Notes: generated from the letters alone by a model not told the origin. A DNA stretch of 64,000 nucleotides from a virus (IMGVR_UViG_3300028805_000091:20936-84935), one strand, 5' to 3'; positions 18,900 through 28,959 are shown, counted from the first letter of the stretch. Program-made: numbers and translations.

Positions 18900-19155
18900 T
18901 AAAAAAATAAGTCTTATTAGGTTAATTACTCCTTCTAAGACTTATCCTTCTCATTTACTGTAGCATAACCCACCAAATCTGAACCAAAGGACTCGAACCT
19001 CTTATACCACATTAATTAGCTGTATCTACCTAAGCAATAGGATATTATGTATTTGATCTTAATACTTTTACTATCCGCTACCAATACAAAGGTATGATGT
19101 TACCTTATTTTAATTAGTGCTGATATCTTTATGGCCATCTCACAGCAACCTCATT
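18900..19155 (-). ncRNA. Candidate structured non-coding RNA with a tRNA-like T-arm
   Basis: ORF-free; upstream GCTTTACAAAT promoter element; AGAGG-TTCGAGT-CCTTT T-arm (18986-19002); several hairpins; ends in an ATAAGTCTTA/TAAGACTTAT stem plus T-run. Confidence 0.5.
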
Positions 19156-19200
19156 AAAATATAATTTTAATATATTATATTATTGTATTTGTAAAGCAAT

Positions 19201-19455
19201 TTATCTAATAAGATTTAATTTTCTTATAGCTATATTTCTTAAAACCATTAATTGCTCTATTTGAGTTATATTTTGAGTTTTTTGAATTTCGGTATTTATA
19301 AGATTTAACATATTTTGTAATGATTCTTCTGTATGAGACTTACGTAACCAATACGCAATTTCTCTTTGTGCATTGGCTGGATCAATAGCTTCACTTAATA
19401 CATCTACACCATATTCTTTAAGTGTATCTTTTACTATACCTTCCCATTCAGACAT
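19201..19455 (-). CDS. Small hypothetical protein
   Basis: 84 aa, abuts the upstream gene. Confidence 0.6.
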   Translation of the reverse strand: MSEWEGIVKDTLKEYGVDVLSEAIDPANAQREIAYWLRKSHTEESLQNMLNLINTEIQKTQNITQIEQLMVLRNIAIRKLNLIR

Positions 19456-20058
19456 TTATTCATCCCACTTAGAATCATTACCATAAATATCTCTGTGTCT
19501 AGCTTTTTGTTTAAAGTATTCATCTCTATCATATTGTAAAGATTTTGGAGGAAATTTATATTCTTCATATGTTAAATCTGGATTTTCATACCACTTTAAA
19601 AATTCGTCTAAATTAAATAATTCAACGTATTTATATCCTAAATCTTTAGCTATTTTCCTTTTTAAAGGATCTAATTCTGTCCATGTATATAAAATCTTTT
19701 TATAGAAATCGCCTTTTTGACTTTTTAACCATTTAACATCAGATTGACATACTGGATCCTCTGGATTATATGGACGTCTACCATGTTTTACATGTTTTTG
19801 AATCTGTATCATCATATTTTCAGATGGCACAAATATATCTACTTGCCAAGGTCTATGGTTATCAGGGTTTCTAAAATCATCAAATGTTTTAGACTTTTCT
19901 GCATCTGGCCATTTTTTCTTAATCATATCATAGTAATAATTTTCATCTTCAGATACATTATAACCTGAATCTTTATCAAATATTTTTTTATCACCTTCTT
20001 CAAGGTCATAACCATTTTCTTTTAAAATATGATTAACTATTTCTTGCCAATTATACAT
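19456..20058 (-). CDS. Putative PD-(D/E)xK/Vsr-like endonuclease
   Basis: WQVDIFVPSENMMIQIQKHVKHG resembles the D-F-Y-x-P...I-E-x-x-G-x-W-x-H-G pattern of phage endonucleases; ATG at 20058. Confidence 0.45.
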   Translation of the reverse strand: MYNWQEIVNHILKENGYDLEEGDKKIFDKDSGYNVSEDENYYYDMIKKKWPDAEKSKTFDDFRNPDNHRPWQVDIFVPSENMMIQIQKHVKHGRRPYNPEDPVCQSDVKWLKSQKGDFYKKILYTWTELDPLKRKIAKDLGYKYVELFNLDEFLKWYENPDLTYEEYKFPPKSLQYDRDEYFKQKARHRDIYGNDSKWDE

Positions 20059-20060
20059 AA

Positions 20061-23000
20061 TTAACCCCAACGTCTTAAGTCTCTAAGTGGTTGATTTGAC
20101 TTGAATTTTACTGGTTCTTCTGGCTTTCCACCATATGGAACAAATAATTTATATCCATTAGACATATGTTTAACATACGAAGCAAAATCTGGATCAAAAG
20201 CTTTTAAAGCCATAATAACAGCAGGATCATTCGGATTTTGATTATAATATTTAACAAGATTTTCAAATCTTGGATCTTCTTTTTCCATTATTTTTAAAAC
20301 TGCTTCAACTTCATCATCACTAAGTGTAATATAAGTACCTCTGCTATCTACTTTGCTAATACGAGAACGTCCTCTATCTGAAGTTAACTGCATTAAAGCA
20401 CGTTTTTTCATTCTACTAGGATCATTTAATTTATTATGAGTAGCAGACCAAGCCATAGCAGCTTGAATAAATCCAGCTGGAACAGGTTCAGCTCTTTTAC
20501 CTTTAATAGTCTTACCTTTATTATCTGTTTGAGTTATATAAACAGTATTAACATCCTCAGGTTTAGCTGTTCTTTCAACACCAACAATTACATAATATCT
20601 TGTTGGCTCTTTATCTTGTTCACGTTTCCATTTTGAATTATCTGGTTCAACTGCAAAAGGTACTTGTAAAAGTTTAGGATCTATATGCAAATATCTATCT
20701 AATACTGCAGTAACATATCTACCATTTTCACTCGCTTTAACGTAATCTTGTTTTTCTCTTTCGCCAAAAGCCTCCTCTATTTCTTCAACAGATTCAGTCT
20801 TTTTCTTTCCTTTTGTTGGATGATAACCAGGTAATTGTTCTTTTTTCTTTCTACTTCCTTCCCATTTCTTTAAAGCTAACTCTGGACGCCAACCATAATG
20901 TGCAATATCATGATATAAAGCTACTCTATATCTAGCTGGCAATGTATTTAAATCATATTTATCCCAATTTTCAATACACCAATTACGATAAGCTTCATTA
21001 ATATTTCTTGCACGCTCTTCTATTTCGATAAGTAAATCATCTAAATCTGGCTCATTTCTTAAAATTTTATCATGCATTTCCTTATTACGAGGATCTTCTG
21101 TTACTTTAACAAAATCATAAGTAGGCATTTCAAATCTATCGACAATTGTAGGTCTATATTTACCATCATCTGCTTCTACTATATCAATATCATAGCATAA
21201 TACATTCTGAGGATCATCACCCTCATCAATACCACCTAATTGTAATATACCTTCACTACCATCTTTTTTGTCATAAGCTAAATAAGGCTTTTTATACTTA
21301 AAATCTGGATGAATTCCCATATAAGTTAAAGAAAGCATTTCATCAACTTTAGCTATATCTTTTAAATGATTAACATATGATTCTGGTTTTGTACCAGCCG
21401 GAGTTTTTTTAGTCCATTCTTTTAAACCACGTAAAGCAGATTCAAAGATAAATTTACATCTATCTCCAAAACTATTTTTATTACGTAACTCTTCTATAGC
21501 CTCAGATATTTGTGGATGTGCTTCACGATAACCATCATCTGCATTTGCTAATACATCTTCAAGTTTATTTAATGTTTCATCTATATTACCAGCATACTTA
21601 GCCATTAATCCATCAATGATTTCGTTTTTTGACTTTTCAAATAAATCATTTTCATCATAGGTAATACTGTCTATACTATCAAATTCACCTTCTTCTAAAG
21701 ATTCTAATGATAATTCTTCACTTTCGGCATTATAATATGCTTGTTTAAGACGCTCTAAAATACCATCAGCTCTTAATTTCTTAAATAAGTTATTCATATA
21801 GCCTAATTCACCACCTTCTTCGGCATCTCCATCAGCTAATGCACTCTTACGCATATTCCATACAGCTTCAATACCATTAGCTAACATATTCTTATCTTTA
21901 GAATTAATTATATCATTCAAAGCCGTTTTAACAGCCATATAATAGTCATCTTCTGGCTCGATTAATTCTTTACCTGCATTTTCTGGTTCGATAACCCACG
22001 AGTCATTTAATACAGAATAAATACCTGAAGTAACTAATGGCTCAGATGTATTTTCTGCACCGACCTCAACAGGTAAACCCTTTATAGTAATATCATGTTG
22101 ATTATTAAATACTTTTTTAGCTGTTTGTAAATATTTACTTAATAATTCAGCATTCATACCGGCATTTTCAAAGTCATAAACTAAGTGTAAATCTATATCA
22201 CTATTATCATTATAGTTATAATTTGCTTCACTACCTGTAAAATATATATCAATAGGCTCAATATCTAATTTAAGATTAGCTTTAAAAGTATTAGCTATAT
22301 CGAGTAAAGCATCACGAACATCTGATTTTAATGTTTTACCATCAAATAATTCTTGATTTAATTCTTCATGTGTTTGACCTTCCATAACATAAGATACATT
22401 TTGCTTATCCATGTTATCAGTAGAATATTTTAAAGCAGATGCTCCATCATTAACATAAGCTTCCGTCTGTACAGATTCTTTTTTGAGAATATTTCTTAAT
22501 TCACGTTCTTTTCTAAAATCACCATTACGTATAGCTTTATTTAATTGAGAATTTAACCAACGATCTTCTTTTTCTCTCTTATCATGCTTATCTATAAATT
22601 CATTTTCTGCACCAGAATTATGAATTGGATTACCATAACTAATAGGCTTAGTTAAATTCCAATGTTTTTCACGAGCTTTTTCTTTATTAGCTGTTGTATT
22701 ACCATAAATTGAATTATGATAGTCTGCTTTTTCTTTACGAAAATCTTTTATTTGACTATTTAATTCTTTTATTTTTGTAAGACGTTCATTATTCCAATTC
22801 CAAGCTTCATCTGAGCCTTTTTCAATATTATCTGGTAATGGCTCATTAGCTAATGCACTAATTTTATTTCTTAACTCTTTAACTTTCTCTTGATCTTCTG
22901 GACTTAATTCAAATTCGTCTGCATCCATTTTAGCTATACGACTTAATGTTGATCTAGATTTAACAAAATCTTTTTTAGCTCTATTTAATAAAGCATCATC

Positions 23001-23999
23001 AACTGGTTCTTCTGAATTACGACTCTGCAACATATTTGAAAGTTGTCTTTTTTGACTTTGATATGCTGTATTTGCAGTAGAATATGCTGATTTATCAGAT
23101 TTAATAAAATACTCTGGATCTTGTTGAAATTTTTGTGTAAAAGTAAAATAACGAGTAAATATATCATTTTTTACTTCTGGAATAGCATTTGTATAATCAT
23201 TATCAATAACTATTGCAAATTTATTATATTTTGATAATGGCTCTCTACTATCATTCAATTTAACAGCTAAACTACGATAAAATAAAGGGTTAAATAATTT
23301 ATCGCGATTATATTTTAAAATACTTTTATCTGATAACTTTTGAGGAGATAATTCTGGATCAAAACTCATTTTACTAGTAAATAATTGAGTTTTTGGAAAA
23401 TATTCTACATCTTTATGAATTAATTCGCCATTTTCATCAACAGGATATACTTTTACATCATGAGGTCTAGTTAAACCAGCTTCTTCAGCCTTTGACATTA
23501 CTTCTTTAATTTTTGGTTCAATCTCTTCAAAACCTTCTGTTAATTCAACGAAACCTTCTACTAACATATCTTCATCATTTTCAGTAGATTCGAAACTAGC
23601 TTTCTTACCCATTGTCTGTGGATCTCCCTTACGTCCTTCACGGTTAATATATGGTAAATCATGTAAAAGTTTTTTATAATACTTTGATAATACATTATTA
23701 TTCATCCACTTAGATACAGCTGTACTAAGCATTAAATATGCATCAATTGGATTATCCGCATTTTCTTGAATCCAATCCCAAATTTTTGTTTCATAAGCTC
23801 TACGTAAATATTTATCTGCTTTAGTCATTTTATGATACATATCTTTTTTATCACGAAATAGACCTGTTATGACGCTAAAAGCATTCTTTTTAGTATCAAA
23901 AACAATTCCAGTATAACTTTCTAAATTTGACTTAGCTTTTACATCATCTGCTTCTGTAAAAGTATCTCTTAACATATTCGGAAATAAAGTAATGGACAT
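20061..23999 (-). CDS. Large multi-domain protein with a Pol-beta-superfamily nucleotidyltransferase domain; probable head-packaged protein
   Basis: DIYFTGSEANYNYNDNSDIDLHL (GS...DxD), LPVEVGAE, GIYSVLNDSW; GTTCTA motif upstream. Confidence 0.65.
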   Translation of the reverse strand: MSITLFPNMLRDTFTEADDVKAKSNLESYTGIVFDTKKNAFSVITGLFRDKKDMYHKMTKADKYLRRAYETKIWDWIQENADNPIDAYLMLSTAVSKWMNNNVLSKYYKKLLHDLPYINREGRKGDPQTMGKKASFESTENDEDMLVEGFVELTEGFEEIEPKIKEVMSKAEEAGLTRPHDVKVYPVDENGELIHKDVEYFPKTQLFTSKMSFDPELSPQKLSDKSILKYNRDKLFNPLFYRSLAVKLNDSREPLSKYNKFAIVIDNDYTNAIPEVKNDIFTRYFTFTQKFQQDPEYFIKSDKSAYSTANTAYQSQKRQLSNMLQSRNSEEPVDDALLNRAKKDFVKSRSTLSRIAKMDADEFELSPEDQEKVKELRNKISALANEPLPDNIEKGSDEAWNWNNERLTKIKELNSQIKDFRKEKADYHNSIYGNTTANKEKAREKHWNLTKPISYGNPIHNSGAENEFIDKHDKREKEDRWLNSQLNKAIRNGDFRKERELRNILKKESVQTEAYVNDGASALKYSTDNMDKQNVSYVMEGQTHEELNQELFDGKTLKSDVRDALLDIANTFKANLKLDIEPIDIYFTGSEANYNYNDNSDIDLHLVYDFENAGMNAELLSKYLQTAKKVFNNQHDITIKGLPVEVGAENTSEPLVTSGIYSVLNDSWVIEPENAGKELIEPEDDYYMAVKTALNDIINSKDKNMLANGIEAVWNMRKSALADGDAEEGGELGYMNNLFKKLRADGILERLKQAYYNAESEELSLESLEEGEFDSIDSITYDENDLFEKSKNEIIDGLMAKYAGNIDETLNKLEDVLANADDGYREAHPQISEAIEELRNKNSFGDRCKFIFESALRGLKEWTKKTPAGTKPESYVNHLKDIAKVDEMLSLTYMGIHPDFKYKKPYLAYDKKDGSEGILQLGGIDEGDDPQNVLCYDIDIVEADDGKYRPTIVDRFEMPTYDFVKVTEDPRNKEMHDKILRNEPDLDDLLIEIEERARNINEAYRNWCIENWDKYDLNTLPARYRVALYHDIAHYGWRPELALKKWEGSRKKKEQLPGYHPTKGKKKTESVEEIEEAFGEREKQDYVKASENGRYVTAVLDRYLHIDPKLLQVPFAVEPDNSKWKREQDKEPTRYYVIVGVERTAKPEDVNTVYITQTDNKGKTIKGKRAEPVPAGFIQAAMAWSATHNKLNDPSRMKKRALMQLTSDRGRSRISKVDSRGTYITLSDDEVEAVLKIMEKEDPRFENLVKYYNQNPNDPAVIMALKAFDPDFASYVKHMSNGYKLFVPYGGKPEEPVKFKSNQPLRDLRRWG

Positions 24000-24032
24000 A
24001 TCAAAGCCTTAATATTTTTAATAACTTCATAT

Positions 24033-24038
24033 TAGAAC
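24033..24038 (-). promoter_or_regulatory. GTTCTA late-promoter-like motif
   Basis: TAGAAC on the + strand about 34 nt upstream of the 23999 start. Confidence 0.55.
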
Positions 24039-24077
24039 TTAAATAGATTTCATTGTTTAATTTTTATCAAATAAGGC

Positions 24078-24106
24078 TTTACAAATTAAAAATTAAAGAC
24101 TATATT
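24078..24106 (+). promoter_or_regulatory. Host sigma70-type promoter
   Basis: TTTACA-N17-TATATT. Confidence 0.7.
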
Positions 24107-24140
24107 AATTTATAATTTAATAATACTGGGAGTATATTTG

Positions 24141-24362
24141 ATGCGTGTAATAAATTTAGATGAAACTGGAATTAAAATTATCACATCAGAGAAAAAACAA
24201 ATGTATTTATCAATAGCTGAAATACGAGACTTTATAGCTAAAAAATATACGTTAATAGATAATATTTTAACCATTAACACTAAACAATTACCATTATCTA
24301 AAAAAGATGTAGATGAATTTCCTACAATAGTTACATATATAGAAAATAATTTTAAAAATTGA
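24141..24362 (+). CDS. Small hypothetical protein
   Basis: GGGAG RBS, downstream of the sigma70 promoter. Confidence 0.65.
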   Translation: MRVINLDETGIKIITSEKKQMYLSIAEIRDFIAKKYTLIDNILTINTKQLPLSKKDVDEFPTIVTYIENNFKN

Positions 24363-24371
24363 GGAAATTAT

Positions 24372-24590
24372 ATGTTTAATAAGAAAAAACAATCTGAAAA
24401 TATTGAAATCGATGAAGTTAAGATAAAATCTCTTACTTTATATCAATCTATTCAAGCAAATTTTAATGAAATGGGTTATAGTGTTATATATACACGTGTT
24501 CCAACTGGTTTAATTAGACTAGTTATTACGCCAGAAGCTATAAATCAAGTTATAATTGAAGTTCCAGATTCATATTTTGTAATTTCTTAA
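24372..24590 (+). CDS. Small hypothetical protein
   Basis: GAGG RBS; 72 aa. Confidence 0.65.
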   Translation: MFNKKKQSENIEIDEVKIKSLTLYQSIQANFNEMGYSVIYTRVPTGLIRLVITPEAINQVIIEVPDSYFVIS

Positions 24591-24964
24591 GCTTGTATTC
24601 TAGCTTTTGATAATTCTATTATATAAGCAAGTGGTATACGTAAAATAGCTAAAATAAAAGCTTTCACATCTGCTGTTAATCTGTTATTAAAGATATCTTC
24701 AACCTGACTTAAAGCTTTATAATCCTCAGGAGTAATATATTTTTCTATATCTTTTAAATATATGTTATTTAAAGACAAATTACGTAAAGCATCAACAGCT
24801 AAAAATTCCAATTTTGTACGCTGCTTTTTCATAATATAACCAAAAACACGATTCCAACTATTAGTTTCAGCAAATGAATCTGTTTTTACCTTAACTTTTA
24901 CATTAATTGATATTTTAGGAGTCTTACGTCCATCACCAAAAATATCTAATTTAGTCTTATTCAT
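24587..24964 (-). CDS. Hypothetical protein
   Basis: GGGAG RBS; 125 aa. Confidence 0.6.
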   Translation of the reverse strand: MNKTKLDIFGDGRKTPKISINVKVKVKTDSFAETNSWNRVFGYIMKKQRTKLEFLAVDALRNLSLNNIYLKDIEKYITPEDYKALSQVEDIFNNRLTADVKAFILAILRIPLAYIIELSKARIQA

Positions 24965-24983
24965 AAAATAATCTCCCTTTCAT

Positions 24984-25331
24984 TTAAAAATTAATAAATC
25001 GTGAATTTTCAGGATTATCTGTTACTCCATCTAACCAATCTTGAACTGTTTGAGCTTTAAATTCTTTCGTCATTGATTTTATAAATGGCTCATCTTCTTT
25101 AACAATACGTTTAACTACATCCTTATCAAAATCTATTAAAAGTTTTTCACCACAATTTAAAGCTTCCATTATCTTTTTGATAGTATCTTCATCAAAACTT
25201 TGAAATAATGTACCCTCAAATTTAAAATATTCTACGGCTTGTTCAAGTTTGTTAATTTTATCAATAAGAAACATGACACCAAATTTCTTTTCTACAATAT
25301 ATACGCCATGAATTATTTTACTATCAACCAA
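24984..25331 (-). CDS. Hypothetical protein
   Basis: Coupled to the portal gene stop; 115 aa. Confidence 0.6.
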   Translation of the reverse strand: MVDSKIIHGVYIVEKKFGVMFLIDKINKLEQAVEYFKFEGTLFQSFDEDTIKKIMEALNCGEKLLIDFDKDVVKRIVKEDEPFIKSMTKEFKAQTVQDWLDGVTDNPENSRFINF

Positions 25332-27150
25332 TTAAAGTCTCCTTTTGTGTATAAATTTTACGTGCTTCTACTAATGTAAAATTATCTTTATGTTGTGTAT
25401 CTTCATAAACTTCACGTAATAACTTATACTGATTATAATTTGTAGAATTAAATTCTTTATTACTTAATGCCATAGAAACAGATTCACCCATACTAGGTAC
25501 TGGGCCAGCAGTTTCTTCAGTTTCTGACATATCAGGCATAACACTCGCAGTATGAATTTTTTGTCTATTCAAGAATTTAGCTAATTCTTCAGCAGAACTT
25601 AACATATTAACAGAAGTATTGCTGCATACTAATTGTGCAATATCAGAAGGTAATCCCATTTTAATTAAAAATTGGAATTTATTGATATTTGTCATATTAC
25701 CATTTAATTCCATAAATGATTTCATTAACTCACAAATATCATTATATTTACTAATAACATCTGCAGGAATTTGAATTGGTTCATTAAGACTTACTTCTAT
25801 ATCTAATTTACTAACATCATAACCAGCATGAGTTAATACATTTTCGATTAAACACATCATAGCATTTAATGTGGCTCTTTTAAGAGGTAATAAAGCACGT
25901 TTTAACTTAAGATCTTGAGCTTCTAATGTTTGAGCTGTTGTAATAACATCTTCACCGACTAAATAACCTTTAGGAAGACTTGAATTACGTAAAATTTTAT
26001 CCAAGAAATATTCAACATCTTCAGTTGAACTTAAATCAATATTAGATTCAATTTTTTCAAATTCAACTTTTTTACCGTCATAAGCAACAGGTAATGTTAA
26101 AATAGACATAGCACCTGGAAATTTACGTCCAGCTTTAGGAGCATTAGTATCACTAAAAATTGAATTAAGATATTGGGCTCTCCATTCATTCATATAAGCA
26201 TATGAATCACTAACTGCTATTCCATTTGGCATTGGTACATAAAATACTAAGCGTTGAATTTTAGAAGCACGAGAAATACCTAATAAACCCTCAAGAGTCG
26301 TCAATTGATCAAAAGCAGAACGCATTGACCATAAAACAGACTTACCATAAGGCTCCGTTAATTCATCATATAATACTGCATGTACAAATTGCCAAGGCTG
26401 CCAAATTTTTTTATCTACTTTAGCTGTACTAGATACCGAATTTACATATCCTAAATTTGTTTCTACTTCATAATTAATTGGATTATTATACTCATCCGTA
26501 TTAACTTTAAAATATTTTGGATTTACACATGATATAAGTAAATCTTCTAATACATCTATTTTACGAAAATCTGCTACATCTTTATCAGTCATCCATTTAT
26601 CGAGATATGGATAAGAAAGTAAAAATCCATAATTACCATATTTAGCAATTGAACGAACTATATTAGGTAATCTTTGATAAATTTTATTCTTATATAAAAC
26701 TTTTTCAATAAATGTTTGTGCATTTTTATTTGAAATTTTAATATTTAATGGATTTTCAACAAAACCGGCAGATAATACTTCAGCTGCATATGTATCTAAA
26801 ATAAGACTAACTTCAGATATATTTTCATCCATAGCATCAAATGTAGCATAAGCAGTTTTAAGTGTATCATAATTACGACTAAATAAGGTATATGTATTTA
26901 AAAAATCATCATATAATTCAAACATTTCAGATGTATGCTTGAATGACGTAGGAATAGAAATAAATTGACCAGATTGTGTTTGACCAATTGTAAAATTATG
27001 TTTCTTAGCAAGAGCACGAAGAACCTCAAAACTTATTCCTGGGTTACTGAAAAATAATGATTCAGTATCAGCATCATAAGCTGAATTTTCAACAATTCTT
27101 TTAGCTAAAGTTTTAATCTGTTTATTTGGCATTATATTATTCCCACTCAA
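25324..27150 (-). CDS. Portal protein (T4 gp20-like)
   Basis: MDENISEVSLILDTYAAE, RSIAKYGN, YGKSVLWSMRSAFDQL..LE...ISRAS..QRLVFYV and EDVEYF.DKI...SSLPK.YL follow the gp20 motif order. Confidence 0.85.
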   Translation of the reverse strand: MSGNNIMPNKQIKTLAKRIVENSAYDADTESLFFSNPGISFEVLRALAKKHNFTIGQTQSGQFISIPTSFKHTSEMFELYDDFLNTYTLFSRNYDTLKTAYATFDAMDENISEVSLILDTYAAEVLSAGFVENPLNIKISNKNAQTFIEKVLYKNKIYQRLPNIVRSIAKYGNYGFLLSYPYLDKWMTDKDVADFRKIDVLEDLLISCVNPKYFKVNTDEYNNPINYEVETNLGYVNSVSSTAKVDKKIWQPWQFVHAVLYDELTEPYGKSVLWSMRSAFDQLTTLEGLLGISRASKIQRLVFYVPMPNGIAVSDSYAYMNEWRAQYLNSIFSDTNAPKAGRKFPGAMSILTLPVAYDGKKVEFEKIESNIDLSSTEDVEYFLDKILRNSSLPKGYLVGEDVITTAQTLEAQDLKLKRALLPLKRATLNAMMCLIENVLTHAGYDVSKLDIEVSLNEPIQIPADVISKYNDICELMKSFMELNGNMTNINKFQFLIKMGLPSDIAQLVCSNTSVNMLSSAEELAKFLNRQKIHTASVMPDMSETEETAGPVPSMGESVSMALSNKEFNSTNYNQYKLLREVYEDTQHKDNFTLVEARKIYTQKETLIG

Positions 27151-27595
27151 GATTTACATATACATCAAAATAATTATTAGTTTTTGTATCTACACAACTT
27201 ATTTTACCTGAACAATAACATAATACTATAAAACCTATTGAAAGATTATTAGAAAGTATTTGTTCAACAGATTTAAGTATTTGTACTCCACCAGTCGTTG
27301 TATATTTAAAATCAGCCCAACGATTATAAATAAGACGTCCACTAATAAAATTTAAAACTGGATATTCTTGTTCCCATTCATCAACTAAAAGTGTTTCAAT
27401 TAAAATACCTGCTGTATTTTCTGTAATACTTTGAATTTCAAGTGAATCCCCTCTAGCAAATGGTTTATTACATACAATACGAATACATTTACCACGTAAC
27501 CAAAATTCATAACTATGACGATTATCAAGTCCAGATTTAGAAGAAGCATAGTATGAGATACATCTCATAGGAAAAGAAAAATTAGATTCAGTCAT
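27137..27595 (-). CDS. Hypothetical protein (head/tail module)
   Basis: 152 aa, coupled to the portal gene. Confidence 0.6.
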   Translation of the reverse strand: MTESNFSFPMRCISYYASSKSGLDNRHSYEFWLRGKCIRIVCNKPFARGDSLEIQSITENTAGILIETLLVDEWEQEYPVLNFISGRLIYNRWADFKYTTTGGVQILKSVEQILSNNLSIGFIVLCYCSGKISCVDTKTNNYFDVYVNLEWE

Positions 27596-27601
27596 TATAT
27601 A

Positions 27602-27784
27602 TTATCCTAACAATACTTGTTTTATTTTAATTTCGCCTGATTCTGTAATTGTAGCAACAAGTTTCTTAGTGGCATTTATAGCTTCTACTAATTCTTGTTC
27701 TGTTACATCTTCCAAATTAACTGTAATTTCAGATTCTACTATCTTTTTAGTAGATTCAGTCATTATAATTTTATTAGTATCCAT
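27602..27784 (-). CDS. Small acidic hypothetical protein
   Basis: GGAG RBS; 60 aa. Confidence 0.6.
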   Translation of the reverse strand: MDTNKIIMTESTKKIVESEITVNLEDVTEQELVEAINATKKLVATITESGEIKIKQVLLG

Positions 27785-27799
27785 ATTAGAGTCTCCTTT

Positions 27800-28252
27800 T
27801 TATCTATTAGCAAATCTTAATTGAATTGCATTTGCATTTAATGACATTTTCTCACCCATTTTAACAGTTTCTTCTGGTATTAATGGTAAAACAGCAATCA
27901 ATTCATATTTATAAGATTCATCATATTCACTTTTTAAATATCTATAATATAATCCTATATATTTTATAGTTTCTCCAGAATTTGTCCAATTTACTTTAGC
28001 TTTTTGCCATTCTAAAGCCTCTAAATTACGAATTACCCCATTTAAAGGGTTAGAAAACTTTACTGGATTTTCTAATATAGTAAAATATTTAGATACCGGT
28101 TCTTTTGTAAAAGTAAATGTATCAGCATCAAATTCAATTCCTAATCCAACATAAATATCAGATGTAGGAAAATCAAATGAAGGAATACCAAAATTATTAT
28201 TTAATAAGGTATTAATAAAAGATGTTGATAACATAAATCTAGAATTCGACAT
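27800..28252 (-). CDS. Phage structural protein (paralog of 28447-28887)
   Basis: F.N.LL...FG, IY.GLG, N.....F..A...WT......I.YIG.Y pattern shared with 28447-28887 and with common small tail proteins. Confidence 0.55.
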   Translation of the reverse strand: MSNSRFMLSTSFINTLLNNNFGIPSFDFPTSDIYVGLGIEFDADTFTFTKEPVSKYFTILENPVKFSNPLNGVIRNLEALEWQKAKVNWTNSGETIKYIGLYYRYLKSEYDESYKYELIAVLPLIPEETVKMGEKMSLNANAIQLRFANR

Positions 28253-28255
28253 TTA

Positions 28256-28435
28256 TTATTCACCTACAATATAAGTTTTACCAGATGTTAAAGATATACG
28301 ATAATACTCTGTATCTTCAATTTTTTCTCTGGTTTCTATATTATTTTCATTAATTTCTAATTTCTTAACAAAAACATATTCGTCTTTATTTTCAGCTGCT
28401 GAATAATTCAATTTATATACATTATATTCTGTCAT
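28256..28435 (-). CDS. 59-aa hypothetical protein missing from the ORF track
   Basis: MTEYNVYKLNYSAAENKDE...GKTYIVGE fills the gap between the two paralogs; AAGGA RBS. Confidence 0.6.
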   Translation of the reverse strand: MTEYNVYKLNYSAAENKDEYVFVKKLEINENNIETREKIEDTEYYRISLTSGKTYIVGE

Positions 28436-28446
28436 TTATCATATCC

Positions 28447-28887
28447 TTAGTAATCTGTTAAACTTAATTGAATAGTATTTATACCAAAAACACAAGTCTC
28501 ACCTTTTAAAATTGTTTCTGCTTGAGGTAACTGTAAAACAATTAAAGGTTTATTAACTTCATAGTCTATTGAATCAAAAATACCTATCATATCAATAGTT
28601 TTTCCGTTTACCGTCCAATCTTCAGAAGCCGTATTAAATACTACTTCATTTGCATTTGAAATATATCCGTCTACAGCTTTGCCAAAAATAATACGAGCTC
28701 TTTGATAATTACCTAATGGACGTCCATCAAATACCTCATCAAAATCTTCCATATTAGCTCTGGAACCTTCTTGTGAAAAACCTAATCCTAAATAAATTTC
28801 ATTAGATTCTAAGTTTGGCAATTTACCGCCAAAATACTCATTTAAGAGTTTATTCATAAAATCTACTTGTAAACCATAAATTGCCAT
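28447..28887 (-). CDS. Phage structural protein (paralog of 27800-28252)
   Basis: FMNKLLNEYFGG, YLGLG, GNYQRARIIF, NANEVVFNTASEDW, GIFD. Confidence 0.55.
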   Translation of the reverse strand: MAIYGLQVDFMNKLLNEYFGGKLPNLESNEIYLGLGFSQEGSRANMEDFDEVFDGRPLGNYQRARIIFGKAVDGYISNANEVVFNTASEDWTVNGKTIDMIGIFDSIDYEVNKPLIVLQLPQAETILKGETCVFGINTIQLSLTDY

Positions 28888-28959
28888 TTATTTTAATACC
28901 TCATTATACTATATATTAGAATTCTACTTTTATAATAAAACGTTATTATTATTCTTCCA

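Noticed and set aside
18960-19060. Canonical tRNA gene suggested by GGTTCGAGTCC
   Set aside because: No 7-bp acceptor pairing, D-arm or CCA could be found at tRNA spacing; kept only as an ncRNA candidate.
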